From: Planctomycetota bacterium
Lineage (GTDB): Bacteria > Planctomycetota > B15-G4 > SIAN01
Length of the DNA stretch: 64,000 nucleotides
Assembly (NCBI GenBank): GCA_031409275.1
Contig: JANNXA010000050.1
Location: 96,001 to 160,000, forward strand
Direction: 5' to 3'
Both the position numbers and the translations under genes were made by a program. Below the pieces are notes generated by a model. It searched no databases, was not told the DNA's origin, and saw only the letters and a program-made list of their open reading frames with translations. Below are positions 28,207 through 37,725 of the stretch, one piece after another. Position 1 is the first letter of the stretch. Each line of letters begins with the position of its first letter.

Positions 28207-29330
28207 CGCTGAATCGATCGCTGACATGGAGCACGTTGCTGCTCGTGATCGCACCGCTCGGTTCGACGGGCGACGACGACAAGAAGCCGCCTCTCCCCGC
28301 CGACACGCTGCGCGATGCCGACCTGCTCGGCGCCGCGCGGCTGGGACTCGGCGACGTCGTCCCGGGAGTCGAGTCGACCCCGCTCGCAATGGCGCGTCTC
28401 GCGCTCGGCCGCCGCCTTTTCTTCGATCCGATCCTCTCGCTCGACCGCACCGTCAGTTGCGCCTCGTGCCACGATCCAGCCGCCGCGTTCGCCACCAACG
28501 ATGTGCAGCCACTCGGCGTCGGCGGCGAGCGGTGCGATCGCAACTCGCCGCCGATCTTCAACCGCGCCTTCGGGACCACCCATTTCTGGGACGGCCGCGC
28601 CGCCACGCTCGAGGCGCAAGTGCTGATGCCCATCGAGAACCCGCACGAGATGGCGCTGCCGCTGAATGACGCGATCGCGCGCCTCGCGAATGACTCCGAC
28701 TACCGAGCGCTCTTCGCTGCCGCCGGCGCGCCGCAACCCGACGCCGATTCGCTGTCGCACGGGCTCGCGGAGTTCGTCCGCCGCCTCGTGGTCGGCGACT
28801 CGCCGGTGGATCGCTTCCGCGCCGCGCAAGGGAAGTTGACGCCGCAGGAACGGCGCGGGCTGTGGCTCTTCGAGAGCAAGGGCGCGTGCTGGAAGTGCCA
28901 CGCGGGGCCGAACTTCAGCGATGAGAAGTTCCACAACACCGGCGTCGGCGTGAAGGATGGCCTGCCCGAGCCGGGCCGCTTCACCGTCACCGCCGACGAG
29001 GCCGATCGCGGCGCCTTCAAGACACCGACGCTGCGCATGGTGGCGAAGACGGCTCCGTACATGCACGACGGCAGCCTCGCGACCCTCGACGAGGTCGTTC
29101 GCTACTACGCTCGGGGCGGCAACAAGAACGACCATCTCGATGCGCGCATCGCGCCGATCGAACTCTCGGACGACGACGTCGCGGCGATCGTGGCGCTGCT
29201 CGAGGCGCTGTCGCGCAACGCCGCTGACGACGCCGCGCAAGCCGAGAGCGCCGACGAAGAGGAGCCGACACTCCTCGCGCCGGCGGCCAACCCGACCACG
29301 AAGCCGTCCGCCAAGCGCCGCGCGTACTGA
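28203..29330 (+). CDS. Di-heme cytochrome c peroxidase/MauG superfamily protein
   Basis: LGRRLFFDPILS, CASCH, FWDGRA, CWKCH, FKTPTLR, TAPYMHDG, EVVRYYARGG; signal peptide. Confidence 0.92.
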   Translation: MTLNRSLTWSTLLLVIAPLGSTGDDDKKPPLPADTLRDADLLGAARLGLGDVVPGVESTPLAMARLALGRRLFFDPILSLDRTVSCASCHDPAAAFATNDVQPLGVGGERCDRNSPPIFNRAFGTTHFWDGRAATLEAQVLMPIENPHEMALPLNDAIARLANDSDYRALFAAAGAPQPDADSLSHGLAEFVRRLVVGDSPVDRFRAAQGKLTPQERRGLWLFESKGACWKCHAGPNFSDEKFHNTGVGVKDGLPEPGRFTVTADEADRGAFKTPTLRMVAKTAPYMHDGSLATLDEVVRYYARGGNKNDHLDARIAPIELSDDDVAAIVALLEALSRNAADDAAQAESADEEEPTLLAPAANPTTKPSAKRRAY

Positions 29331-29344
29331 GCGAGGCGCCGCCC

Positions 29345-31138
29345 TTGACCGCACGACATCCCGAACCTGCCGACGCGATGGAGTACGCGGTCCATCCGAT
29401 CGGCGTGGTGCGCTCGCCGTTTCGCGTGCATGTCGGGACGCCACGCCAGCCGGGCGTCGATCCGGTTGCCGACGGCGAGATCGTGTTGCGCGCCGGACTG
29501 CAGAACTGTCTCAAGGACCTGAAGGGCTTCAGCCACCTGTGGGTCCTCTTCTGGTGCAACTTCAGCCGCGGCTGGAACGCGCAGGTCGTCCCGCCGCGCG
29601 ACACGAAGAAACGGGGCCTCTTCGCGACTCGCTCGCCGCATCGCCCCAATCCGATCGGCCTCTCGGTCGTGCAGCTCCTCGACGTGCGCGGCACGCGGCT
29701 GCGCGTGCGCGGGCTCGACATGCTGGATGGCACGCCCGTGATCGACCTCAAGCCCTACGTCCGCTACGCCGACCTGCGCCCCGATGCGACCGATGGCTGG
29801 ATCGCGGAGCTGCCGACGGTCGCCGGCCCCGACCATCGCGATTGGAAGGCCGCCCCGAAGGTGCGTGCGGCGTCGAAAAGCGGGCGCGGCGCGAAGCTCG
29901 CGGCGCTCTTCGCGACGCTGCTGCTGCTGCCGCATTGCGGTCCCGAGGGCGCGACACCGCGACCGGATGCGTCGACACTGCAGCCAGGCCCCGCGCCCGG
30001 TCAGGCGACGATCGCGGCAGACGCGACCGCCGTCGAAGGCGACGGCGTGCTCGACGCGTGGATCGCAACGCCGCAAAAGGGCGATGAAGCGGGCGCTGCG
30101 TTGTGGTTCCAGCAGGCGATCGCGCAGCGCGGCGCGTTCCGCAGTCGCAGCGCGGTGCGTGCCTTCGAGCGGGCGCTCGAGCTCGACCCGGCCCATCTTG
30201 GGGCGCTGGTCGAGTACGGTTTCCTGCTGCTCGAGCCGGGCGCCGAGCAGAATTTCGGCCTGGCGCTGCTGCAGTTGCGCCGCGCGCAGCTGGTGGTGCC
30301 GGGTCAGCTTCACGCCATGGTCGGGGAAGGCGTCGCGCGCGCCGCGTTGCAGGACACCGTTCGCGCGGAACCGCTGCTGCGCCACGCATTGAGCGAGCTG
30401 CCGGACACCGCCGTCGGGCGGCGCGCCTGGGCCGCGAGCGCCCTCGGCGACCTCTGCGCGAATGACGGCCGGACCGATGAGGCGCTGCGGTTCTACGCGT
30501 TGGCGAGCGCCGACTCGGTGCCGGTGCTTCAGCGCGGCGGTGCCCTGGTCCATCTGGCCGACCTGCTGGCGCAACTCGATCGACCGGCCGAGGCGCAATC
30601 GGCGGTGCGCCGCGCGCTGCAGGTCGATCCGGAGAACGTGCGCGCCCACTACCTGTTGTCGCAGCTGCTGAGCAAGGCCGCCGACGTCGACGGCGCCGCC
30701 AAGGAGGCGCGCATCCATGAACTGCTGCGCGCGCTGCGCGACCATCTCTCCGCGCGCTACGTGAACGATGCCGCGCGCCGAACCGCGCTGTGGCGCGAGC
30801 TCGCCACGGCCTGGCCCGAGCACAAGCGCCTGCTCCACTCGCTCGTTCGCGACCAGCTCGAAGGCGGCGACTTCGTGGGCGCCAAGGTCACGGTGGCGGA
30901 GATCGAGGCGCGCGATGGAGCAAGCGCGGAACTGCACTGGCTCACCGCGCGCGCGCTCGCGGGCAACGGCGAGATCGACGCGGCGCGCCAACGCGTCCAA
31001 TCGATGGAACGGCTCGATCCAGCCGTACCGCGCGGCGTGGTGCGGACCGTGCTCGAGGATTGGCGGCGCGGCCAGCCGCAGGCGGTCGACAGCGACCTCT
31101 TCGAGCGAACGCTGCGCGCGTGGACCGACGGCACATGA
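29345..31138 (+). CDS. tsaA: TrmO/TsaA tRNA m6t6A37 methyltransferase domain in frame with a membrane-anchored TPR protein
   Basis: PIGVVRSPF, FSHLWVLF, GLFATRSPHRPNPIGLS, LDMLDGTPVIDLKPY; then a hydrophobic segment and TPR motifs (RALELDP, RALQVDPENVRAHYLL). Confidence 0.8.
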   Translation: MTARHPEPADAMEYAVHPIGVVRSPFRVHVGTPRQPGVDPVADGEIVLRAGLQNCLKDLKGFSHLWVLFWCNFSRGWNAQVVPPRDTKKRGLFATRSPHRPNPIGLSVVQLLDVRGTRLRVRGLDMLDGTPVIDLKPYVRYADLRPDATDGWIAELPTVAGPDHRDWKAAPKVRAASKSGRGAKLAALFATLLLLPHCGPEGATPRPDASTLQPGPAPGQATIAADATAVEGDGVLDAWIATPQKGDEAGAALWFQQAIAQRGAFRSRSAVRAFERALELDPAHLGALVEYGFLLLEPGAEQNFGLALLQLRRAQLVVPGQLHAMVGEGVARAALQDTVRAEPLLRHALSELPDTAVGRRAWAASALGDLCANDGRTDEALRFYALASADSVPVLQRGGALVHLADLLAQLDRPAEAQSAVRRALQVDPENVRAHYLLSQLLSKAADVDGAAKEARIHELLRALRDHLSARYVNDAARRTALWRELATAWPEHKRLLHSLVRDQLEGGDFVGAKVTVAEIEARDGASAELHWLTARALAGNGEIDAARQRVQSMERLDPAVPRGVVRTVLEDWRRGQPQAVDSDLFERTLRAWTDGT

Positions 31139-32934
31139 ACGGCCGCCTCTCATGGCGCGCGTCGTGGGCGCTGCTGCTGTGCGGCTGCGAGCCGCCTCCC
31201 GCAACGTCGACGCTCTCGCCCGCTGCTTCACCTGCTGCTTCGCCCGCTGCCTCGCCGCCGTCGCCGACTGGAGCGCTCGCCCCGACCGCGCGGACCGAGC
31301 CTTCGCCGGTGACCGAAGCTCCGAGTCGGCCCGGCCGCTTCGTCGAGCGCGGCGCCGGCAGCGGCGTCGACTTCGTCCACTGCAGCGGCGGCGCGGGCAA
31401 GAAGCTGCTGGTCGAGATCAACTCGGGCGGCGTCAGCCTGCTCGACTACGACGGCGACGGCGACCTCGACCTCTTCTTCGCCCAAGGGGCGGCGCTGCCG
31501 GGATTCGATCCACGCGGCCGCGATCTGCGCGATCGCCTCTATCGCAACGATGGCGGCTTCCACTTCACCGACGTCACCACCGCGACTTGCGCCTTCGACT
31601 CGACCTGCACCTATGCGGCGGCCTGTCCCGACATCGACGGGGATGGCGATCCCGACCTCTACCTCGTCAACGCCGGGCGCAACACGTGGTTGCGCAATGA
31701 CGTGGCCACGAACGGCCGCTTCACCGACGTCACCGCGGAGCTCGGCGCGGAAGCTCCCGAGTGGTCGACAGCCGCCGCGTTCGTCGACTTCGATCAGGAC
31801 GGCGACCTCGATCTCTACGTCGTCGGCTACGTCGATCTCGTCCTCGACCACCCGGGTTGCGGCAACTTGTCGAGGGGCGAGGAGTGGCGCAGCTACTGCC
31901 ATCCCGACGAGTTCAAACCGTCGCCCGATCACCTCTTCCGCAACGACGGCGGCCGCTTCGTCGACGCGAGCGACGCTCTCGGCGTGGCGGGGCTCGGCGG
32001 CGCGGGGCTCGGCGCAGTGCCCTCCGACTACGACGGCGACGGCGACGTCGATCTCTTCGTCGCCAACGACTCGACGCCGAACTTCCTCTGGCGCAACGAC
32101 GGCAGCCTGCGCTTCACCGAAGTCGCCGGTGACGCCTGGGTCGCGGTGGATGGGTCCGGCGTCAGCACCGCGGCGATGGGCAGTGACTTCGGCGACGTCG
32201 ATGGCGACCTCGACTTCGACCTCGTGGTGGCCAACCTCGCGATGGAGGTGAACAACCTCTACCGCAACGATGGTCACGGGCGCTTCGACGATCGCAGCCA
32301 GGCGAGCGGCTTCGGGCCGCCCTCGCTGCTCTACGTCGGGTTCGGCTGCGAACTCTTCGACGCCGACCTCGACGGTGACCAGGACGCGCTGATCGCGAAT
32401 GGACACGTGATCGACAACGTCGAGCGCTACGAGCCGGCGCAGACGTTCCGCCAGCCGCCGCTGTTCATGGCCAACGACGGTCACGGCAAGTTCCGCCGAC
32501 TGCCGGCCGAGGAGGCGGGCGCCTACTTCGCCACGCGGCAGGTCGGACGCGGACTCGCGCTCGGCGATCTCGACAACGACGGCGACCTCGACGCGGTGAT
32601 CGGCCACTGGAACGGCGCGCCGGCGTTGCTCGAGAACCGGACCTGCCACGACGGCGGCGGGCCGCGCTGGATCGGGATCTCTCTCGTCGGAGCGGCGAAG
32701 AATCGGCAGGCGCTCGGCGCACAGGTCCGCATCACCGCCAACGGCCAGTCAGAGGTCGACGAGGTGCGCGGCACCAGCAGCTACCTCGCCTTCCACGACA
32801 CACGACTCTTCTTCGCCCTTGGCGAAGCGGCGGCGGCCGAGTCGATCGAAGTGCGTTGGCCCGACGGGCAACGATCGACCCACGGGCCGCTCGCCGCCGG
32901 CGCCGTCCACCGCATCGAGGCACCCAAGCGCTGA
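31135..32934 (+). CDS. CRTAC1-family FG-GAP/ASPIC-UnbV lipoprotein
   Basis: LLLCGC signal; SPAA linker repeats; DYDGDGDLDL repeats; YCHP; GRGLALGDLDNDGDLD; C-terminal UnbV domain (SSYLA...VRWPDG). Confidence 0.9.
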   Translation: MNGRLSWRASWALLLCGCEPPPATSTLSPAASPAASPAASPPSPTGALAPTARTEPSPVTEAPSRPGRFVERGAGSGVDFVHCSGGAGKKLLVEINSGGVSLLDYDGDGDLDLFFAQGAALPGFDPRGRDLRDRLYRNDGGFHFTDVTTATCAFDSTCTYAAACPDIDGDGDPDLYLVNAGRNTWLRNDVATNGRFTDVTAELGAEAPEWSTAAAFVDFDQDGDLDLYVVGYVDLVLDHPGCGNLSRGEEWRSYCHPDEFKPSPDHLFRNDGGRFVDASDALGVAGLGGAGLGAVPSDYDGDGDVDLFVANDSTPNFLWRNDGSLRFTEVAGDAWVAVDGSGVSTAAMGSDFGDVDGDLDFDLVVANLAMEVNNLYRNDGHGRFDDRSQASGFGPPSLLYVGFGCELFDADLDGDQDALIANGHVIDNVERYEPAQTFRQPPLFMANDGHGKFRRLPAEEAGAYFATRQVGRGLALGDLDNDGDLDAVIGHWNGAPALLENRTCHDGGGPRWIGISLVGAAKNRQALGAQVRITANGQSEVDEVRGTSSYLAFHDTRLFFALGEAAAAESIEVRWPDGQRSTHGPLAAGAVHRIEAPKR

Positions 32935-33205
32935 AGGCGAGCGGAGCAGCGACGCGATGGTGCGTTCGCCAGCGGCTCCGTCACCCAAATGTCATCGGCG
33001 GAACCCCGGGCACCCCCGCTCGTTCCAAAGATCCGCCGGTGAGCGGCACCGAAGGCGCAACGGCGCGCGAACTAGATCGACCGCCGGTGGTCTTAGGTCA
33101 GCACAAGGCGCCGTTTCCGGGCGACCGCTAACCTGCCACGGCCTTCGCACCGCTAGGCCGCCCGGCCGGTAAGTTCGCACCAACGTTCGCAGGGGGAGTT
33201 CAACG

Positions 33206-35011
33206 ATGCAGTGGATCAAGAGTCTCGTGGTCGCCGCGACGTCGTTCGCAGCCGTCGGCTTCGTGCCGCACGCAACGAGCGCGGCGCTCGATGTGCCGAG
33301 CCGCTCCTACCGCGATCCGGTCCACAAGTTCTCGTTCAAGATGTACGCCGAATGGGAGCAGGTACCCGTCGAGATCACCGAGAAGTACGAGGTCGCGAAG
33401 TTCTACGAGAAGGGCGATCGCGGCGACTGGTTCACCCCCGAGATCAATGTCTACCGACTCGACAAGAAGAGCGGCGCCGCCGGACCGGTCACCGGAGTCG
33501 ACCCGAAGAAGATCAACGACGAGGAGGTACGCCGCCTGCTCGAGTCGGCGAACGCTCCGAAGTCCGTCTTCGATCTCGCGTTTGGCACCTTGATCCCGGG
33601 GAAGGGCGACAAGCCCTGCGACCCGGCGTCGTTCAAGAAGATCACCTCGTACGACAAGGTCGACGGGAAGCTCTGGACGCACGAGATCCAGCGCGGCAAC
33701 AACCCCAAGGATCAATCGACGACGCTGTTGGTGATGCTGGTCGCGTTCGAGAAAGAGGGGATCGAGTACGGCATCCGCTTCACGGGGCCGGGACGCCGAC
33801 GCAAGGAGTTCGAGCCGGCGCTGAAGACGATGGCCAAGTCGTTCGTCTTCTTCGACGACAAGGCCAAGGACGTGGTCAACCTCGACAAGGTGCTCGACGG
33901 CGTGAACATCTCGCCCAAGCGCCGCGGCGAGATCCAGAAGGGGCTCGTGAAGGGCTGGGGAGTCGAGATCAGCCCGAAGAAGAACTACGTCATCATCTAC
34001 AACACGAAAGGCGCCAAGAACCGGCTGCTGGCGGAGACGCTCGCCAAGCGAATCGAAGGCATCCGCGAACAGATCTATGAAGTGCAGTTCCCGCCGGCCG
34101 AGCCGATCAAGTCGGTCTCGATCGTGCGCGTCTGCGGCGATCGCAACGAGTACCACAAATACGGCGGACCGGGCGGCTCGGCGGGCTACTGGAACAGCTA
34201 CGCCGAGGAACTCGTCTTCTACGACGCGAGCCCGGCCAAGCAGATCGACGACGACACGCTCGCGGTGCTCTACCACGAGGCGTTCCACCAGTACATTTTC
34301 TACAGCGTCGGCAGCGTCGCCCCCCACTCCTGGTTCAACGAGGGCCACGGCGACTACTACGCGGGCGCCAAGTGGAAGTCGAACAAGTGGAAGATCGGCC
34401 CGTTCGATTGGCGAGTCGGCACGGTGAAGGCGGCGATCCGGCAGGGCCCGCGCGACTCGGCGGTGCAGAAGGATGAGAAGAGCGGCAAGGAACGCCGGAT
34501 CTACGCCAGCGACAAGGGCTACACCCCGATCAAGGACCTCGTCGCCTTCAGCCAGGGCGATTACTACAGCTACCCGGGTGTGAGCTACGCGCAGGGCTGG
34601 AGCCTCATCTACTTCCTGCGCGAAGAGGTTCCGAACAACAAGAAGTACGCCGAGAAGTGGGGCAAGATCCTCGACACCTACTTCAACACCTTGAAGCGCG
34701 AGGTGAACAAGGAAGGCAAGCTCAAGCGCCGCGGTGGAGACGAAGAACCGCCAGCGCCGGACGATCCGAAGAAGCCCGGCGGCCCCGACGATCCGGACGA
34801 ACCTGCCGATCCGACTGAACCGGCCGACCCGACCGAACCGGGCGGCGAAGGGGGCGACGAACCGCCGCCCGATCCGGGGTTCCAGCCGATGCAGGAGGGC
34901 GAGGTCTCCGAGTCGGCACTCGACACCGCGCTGCGGGAAGCGTTCGCCGGAGTCGACTTCGCCGAGTTCGAGACCGCGTGGAAGGAGTTCACGCTCAAGG
35001 TTTCCGGCTGA
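33206..35011 (+). CDS. Secreted DUF1570-like zincin metallopeptidase-fold protein
   Basis: Signal peptide; LYHEAFHQY...WFNEGHGDYY; YAQGWSLIYFL; SD GGGGAG; acidic Pro-rich insert near the C-terminus. Confidence 0.82.
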   Translation: MQWIKSLVVAATSFAAVGFVPHATSAALDVPSRSYRDPVHKFSFKMYAEWEQVPVEITEKYEVAKFYEKGDRGDWFTPEINVYRLDKKSGAAGPVTGVDPKKINDEEVRRLLESANAPKSVFDLAFGTLIPGKGDKPCDPASFKKITSYDKVDGKLWTHEIQRGNNPKDQSTTLLVMLVAFEKEGIEYGIRFTGPGRRRKEFEPALKTMAKSFVFFDDKAKDVVNLDKVLDGVNISPKRRGEIQKGLVKGWGVEISPKKNYVIIYNTKGAKNRLLAETLAKRIEGIREQIYEVQFPPAEPIKSVSIVRVCGDRNEYHKYGGPGGSAGYWNSYAEELVFYDASPAKQIDDDTLAVLYHEAFHQYIFYSVGSVAPHSWFNEGHGDYYAGAKWKSNKWKIGPFDWRVGTVKAAIRQGPRDSAVQKDEKSGKERRIYASDKGYTPIKDLVAFSQGDYYSYPGVSYAQGWSLIYFLREEVPNNKKYAEKWGKILDTYFNTLKREVNKEGKLKRRGGDEEPPAPDDPKKPGGPDDPDEPADPTEPADPTEPGGEGGDEPPPDPGFQPMQEGEVSESALDTALREAFAGVDFAEFETAWKEFTLKVSG

Positions 35012-35136
35012 GTGAAGCCGCAGCGGGGCGAGCGCGGCGGCGCGGCCGAACGGGTCGCACCGCTCGCTCGTAGTGGCCGCTCCTGCCACGGAAGAGTCGT
35101 CGACTCGTGGCCTCGCTCCAACCAGGGATCTCCGCG

Positions 35137-35520
35137 ATGGCAGGCGCCGGTCGCAAGTGCTCTTCGTGCGCAGGCAACCTCGCCGACGCCGCCGCCGATC
35201 GTTGCGAGTGGTGTGGCGCCGCGCTCGGCGGCATTCCAGTCGCCAGCCCGGCGCCGCCCATCGCGCGCCCGGTTGCCCCCGCCGACAGCGGCCGCTTCGA
35301 GGACGCGCTGCGGCGCCTCGAGTCGATTCAGCGGCCCGTCCACAACAGCGCGCGCGGCTGCAGCTTCTTCGTGCTGCTCGCCGTGGCGGTGCTCGTCGTC
35401 CTCGTGCTGCTGTTCCTCAGCGTCGGCGACCCTGAACCGACCGACCCGGCGCCCCCGAAGTCGACTCCGGCCGCGCCGTCCCAGGAACTCCCTCCCGTCG
35501 AGCGGCCAAGCGACCGCTAA
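35137..35520 (+). CDS. Zinc-ribbon single-pass membrane protein
   Basis: CSSC-x11-CEWC, then TM segment FFVLLAVAVLVVLVLLFLSV. Confidence 0.65.
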   Translation: MAGAGRKCSSCAGNLADAAADRCEWCGAALGGIPVASPAPPIARPVAPADSGRFEDALRRLESIQRPVHNSARGCSFFVLLAVAVLVVLVLLFLSVGDPEPTDPAPPKSTPAAPSQELPPVERPSDR

Positions 35521-35550
35521 CCCTGCGCCACGAGTGGAGCCACCGCGCTC

Positions 35551-36735
35551 TCAGCCAACCGGCGTCGCGGGATCGTGCCGCTCGGGCAGCCGTCGATAGA
35601 GCAGCACGCTGCACAGCCCGACCGCGGCGATCGCCGCCCACAACACGTGCGGTCCGTAGTGCTCGAGCAGCGTCATGCCGAACTTCGGCCCCACCGTCAG
35701 CCCGGCGCCGAACGCGAGCGTCAGCGTGCCCATGTAGAGGCCGCGGCGATTCGGCGGCGCGAGCTCGTTGATGAACGCCAACATCGCCGGCATCGCGATC
35801 ATCTCGCCGAAGGTCCAGATGACGACGGTCCCGACGATCGTCCACCACGTGTCGGCGAACGCCATCGCGCCGAAGCCCGCCGCGGTCAGCAGGCCACCCA
35901 CCACCAGCGAACGGCGATGGCTCCAGTGCGCGAGTTGCGTGTTGACCTCGACTTCGAGCAGCACGATCAAGAGCGTGTTGACCGTGATCGTGAGGCCGTA
36001 GTCGTACTTGCGCATCCCGAGGTGATGCGTCATGTAGTAGGCCATCGTCGAGTCGTGCTGGAAGAACATGACCGCGTTCAGCACGGTCGCCGCGAAGAAG
36101 CAGAGCAACGCCCGGTCGCGCATCAGCACGCCCAGCGCCGAGCCCTTCGGCCGCTCGTGGCGAACGGCAGCCGGCAGCGGCGTGCGCAGCAGCACCAGCG
36201 CTGCCACCAGGCTCGCCGCCGCATCGACCCAGAAGATGACCAGGAAGTCCCATTCGGCCAACAGCCCGCCGAGCGCCGGGCCGATCGAGAGCCCGAAGTT
36301 GACCGAGAGGCGCGACAGGACGAATGCCTGCTTGCGCAGGTGATCGGGGGCGACCTCGGCCACCAACGTCATCAGTGCGGGCCGCGGCATCTCGTTGCAC
36401 AGCGCGAAGGCGAAGGTCGCCAGCAGCACGGTCTCGAGCCGTTGCGCCAGCGGATAGCAGGTGACCGCAAGCGCCGCCGCCACCAGCGAGATCCGCAGCA
36501 CCCGCCGCGGCTCGAAGCGATCGGAGAGCCATCCCGAGAGCGGCGCCGCCACCAGCGTCGTCGCGCCGTAGAGCGACAGCACCCAGCCGGCCGTCGCCTC
36601 CTCGAAACCCAATCGCTGCACGAGGTAGAGGACCAGGAACGGACGCACCATCACGCCGGCGCGATTGATGAAGGTGGCCAGCGCGATCAGGAAGCTCGCG
36701 CGCGGGAGACCGGCGAGGCCGCGCCAGGGATTCAC
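35551..36735 (-). CDS. MFS transporter
   Basis: About 12 hydrophobic helices; FINRAG, GWLSDRF, WTFGEMI, RRGLYMG. Confidence 0.9.
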   Translation of the reverse strand: MNPWRGLAGLPRASFLIALATFINRAGVMVRPFLVLYLVQRLGFEEATAGWVLSLYGATTLVAAPLSGWLSDRFEPRRVLRISLVAAALAVTCYPLAQRLETVLLATFAFALCNEMPRPALMTLVAEVAPDHLRKQAFVLSRLSVNFGLSIGPALGGLLAEWDFLVIFWVDAAASLVAALVLLRTPLPAAVRHERPKGSALGVLMRDRALLCFFAATVLNAVMFFQHDSTMAYYMTHHLGMRKYDYGLTITVNTLLIVLLEVEVNTQLAHWSHRRSLVVGGLLTAAGFGAMAFADTWWTIVGTVVIWTFGEMIAMPAMLAFINELAPPNRRGLYMGTLTLAFGAGLTVGPKFGMTLLEHYGPHVLWAAIAAVGLCSVLLYRRLPERHDPATPVG

Positions 36736-36858
36736 GTCGGAACTCCACGATTCGATGTGCTACCGCGCCTTCGCGCGCCGCCCGATGGGGCGGAGCAACT
36801 TAGCGCGCGCGCGGCGATCTCATGCCACTCCCGATGGCACCGCTACACTCCCCGTCCC

Positions 36859-37725
36859 ATGGCCATCGACCGCCCGATCTTCATCGTCGCCCCGCCGCGC
36901 TGCGGCACGACGCTGCTCTACCAGTGCCTCGTCGCGCATCCCGACGTCGGCTACTTCAACCGCGCTAACCGCAACTACCCCGACTCGCCGCGCCTCGCCC
37001 ATTGGGTGACCAAGGTCGGAGGCCTCATCGGCGCCTATCGCGACACTCCACGCGAGTCGCGCAGCATCTGGTTCCACTTCTTCCCGCGCCGCGATCTCGA
37101 CGTCGCCGACGCAAACGATGCGACGCCGCAAGTGCGCGCCTGGTACGAGGAGCGCATCGCCGCCGTGCTGCGGCTGCGCGGCGCGCGCCGCTACTCGAAC
37201 AAGCTTCCGGCCCACTCGCTGCAGGTGGAGTTCCTGGCGGCGCTGTGGCCCGACGCCCTTTTCCTGCAGCCGCTGCGCGACTGGCGTGCGGTGGTGGCCT
37301 CCACCATGGTGAAGCGCGAGCGTGACTTCACCGGACAGTGGTTCGGGGTGCGGGCTCCCGGCTGGCAGGAGCAGGCGCGTCGGCCGCAGCACCTCGCCGC
37401 GGCATGGCACCACCGCGTCGTCCACGAGTCGCTCGCCGAGCAGGCGCGGGCGCGCCCCGGCCGCTTCCTGCCGGTGCAGTACGAGGAGTTGCTGGCGGCC
37501 CCCCAGGCCGCGATGCGCCGCGTCTTCGACTTCTGCGGACTGACGTACGACGACGCCTTGCTCGCGAGGGCGACGGCCGGAGTGCGCGCGACCCACGACA
37601 AGTGGCGCGAGACGTTGACGCCCGCGATGCTCGCTGAGATCGAGCGCGAACAGGGTGACGCGATGCGCCGCTACGAGTTCCGCGCGTCGGCCAGCAGCGC
37701 CGCTGCGACCGCCGCCGCCCCCTGA
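36859..37725 (+). CDS. Sulfotransferase family protein
   Basis: PIFIVAPPRCGTTLL (5'-PSB loop), NKLP, LRDWRAVVAS (3'-PB), VQYEEL. Confidence 0.85.
   Translation: MAIDRPIFIVAPPRCGTTLLYQCLVAHPDVGYFNRANRNYPDSPRLAHWVTKVGGLIGAYRDTPRESRSIWFHFFPRRDLDVADANDATPQVRAWYEERIAAVLRLRGARRYSNKLPAHSLQVEFLAALWPDALFLQPLRDWRAVVASTMVKRERDFTGQWFGVRAPGWQEQARRPQHLAAAWHHRVVHESLAEQARARPGRFLPVQYEELLAAPQAAMRRVFDFCGLTYDDALLARATAGVRATHDKWRETLTPAMLAEIEREQGDAMRRYEFRASASSAAATAAAP

Noticed and set aside
31215..31262. SPAA coding repeats (also HEQA in pcrA and PAA linkers in the FHA proteins)
   Set aside because: Ordinary low-complexity linker expansions that preserve the reading frame.
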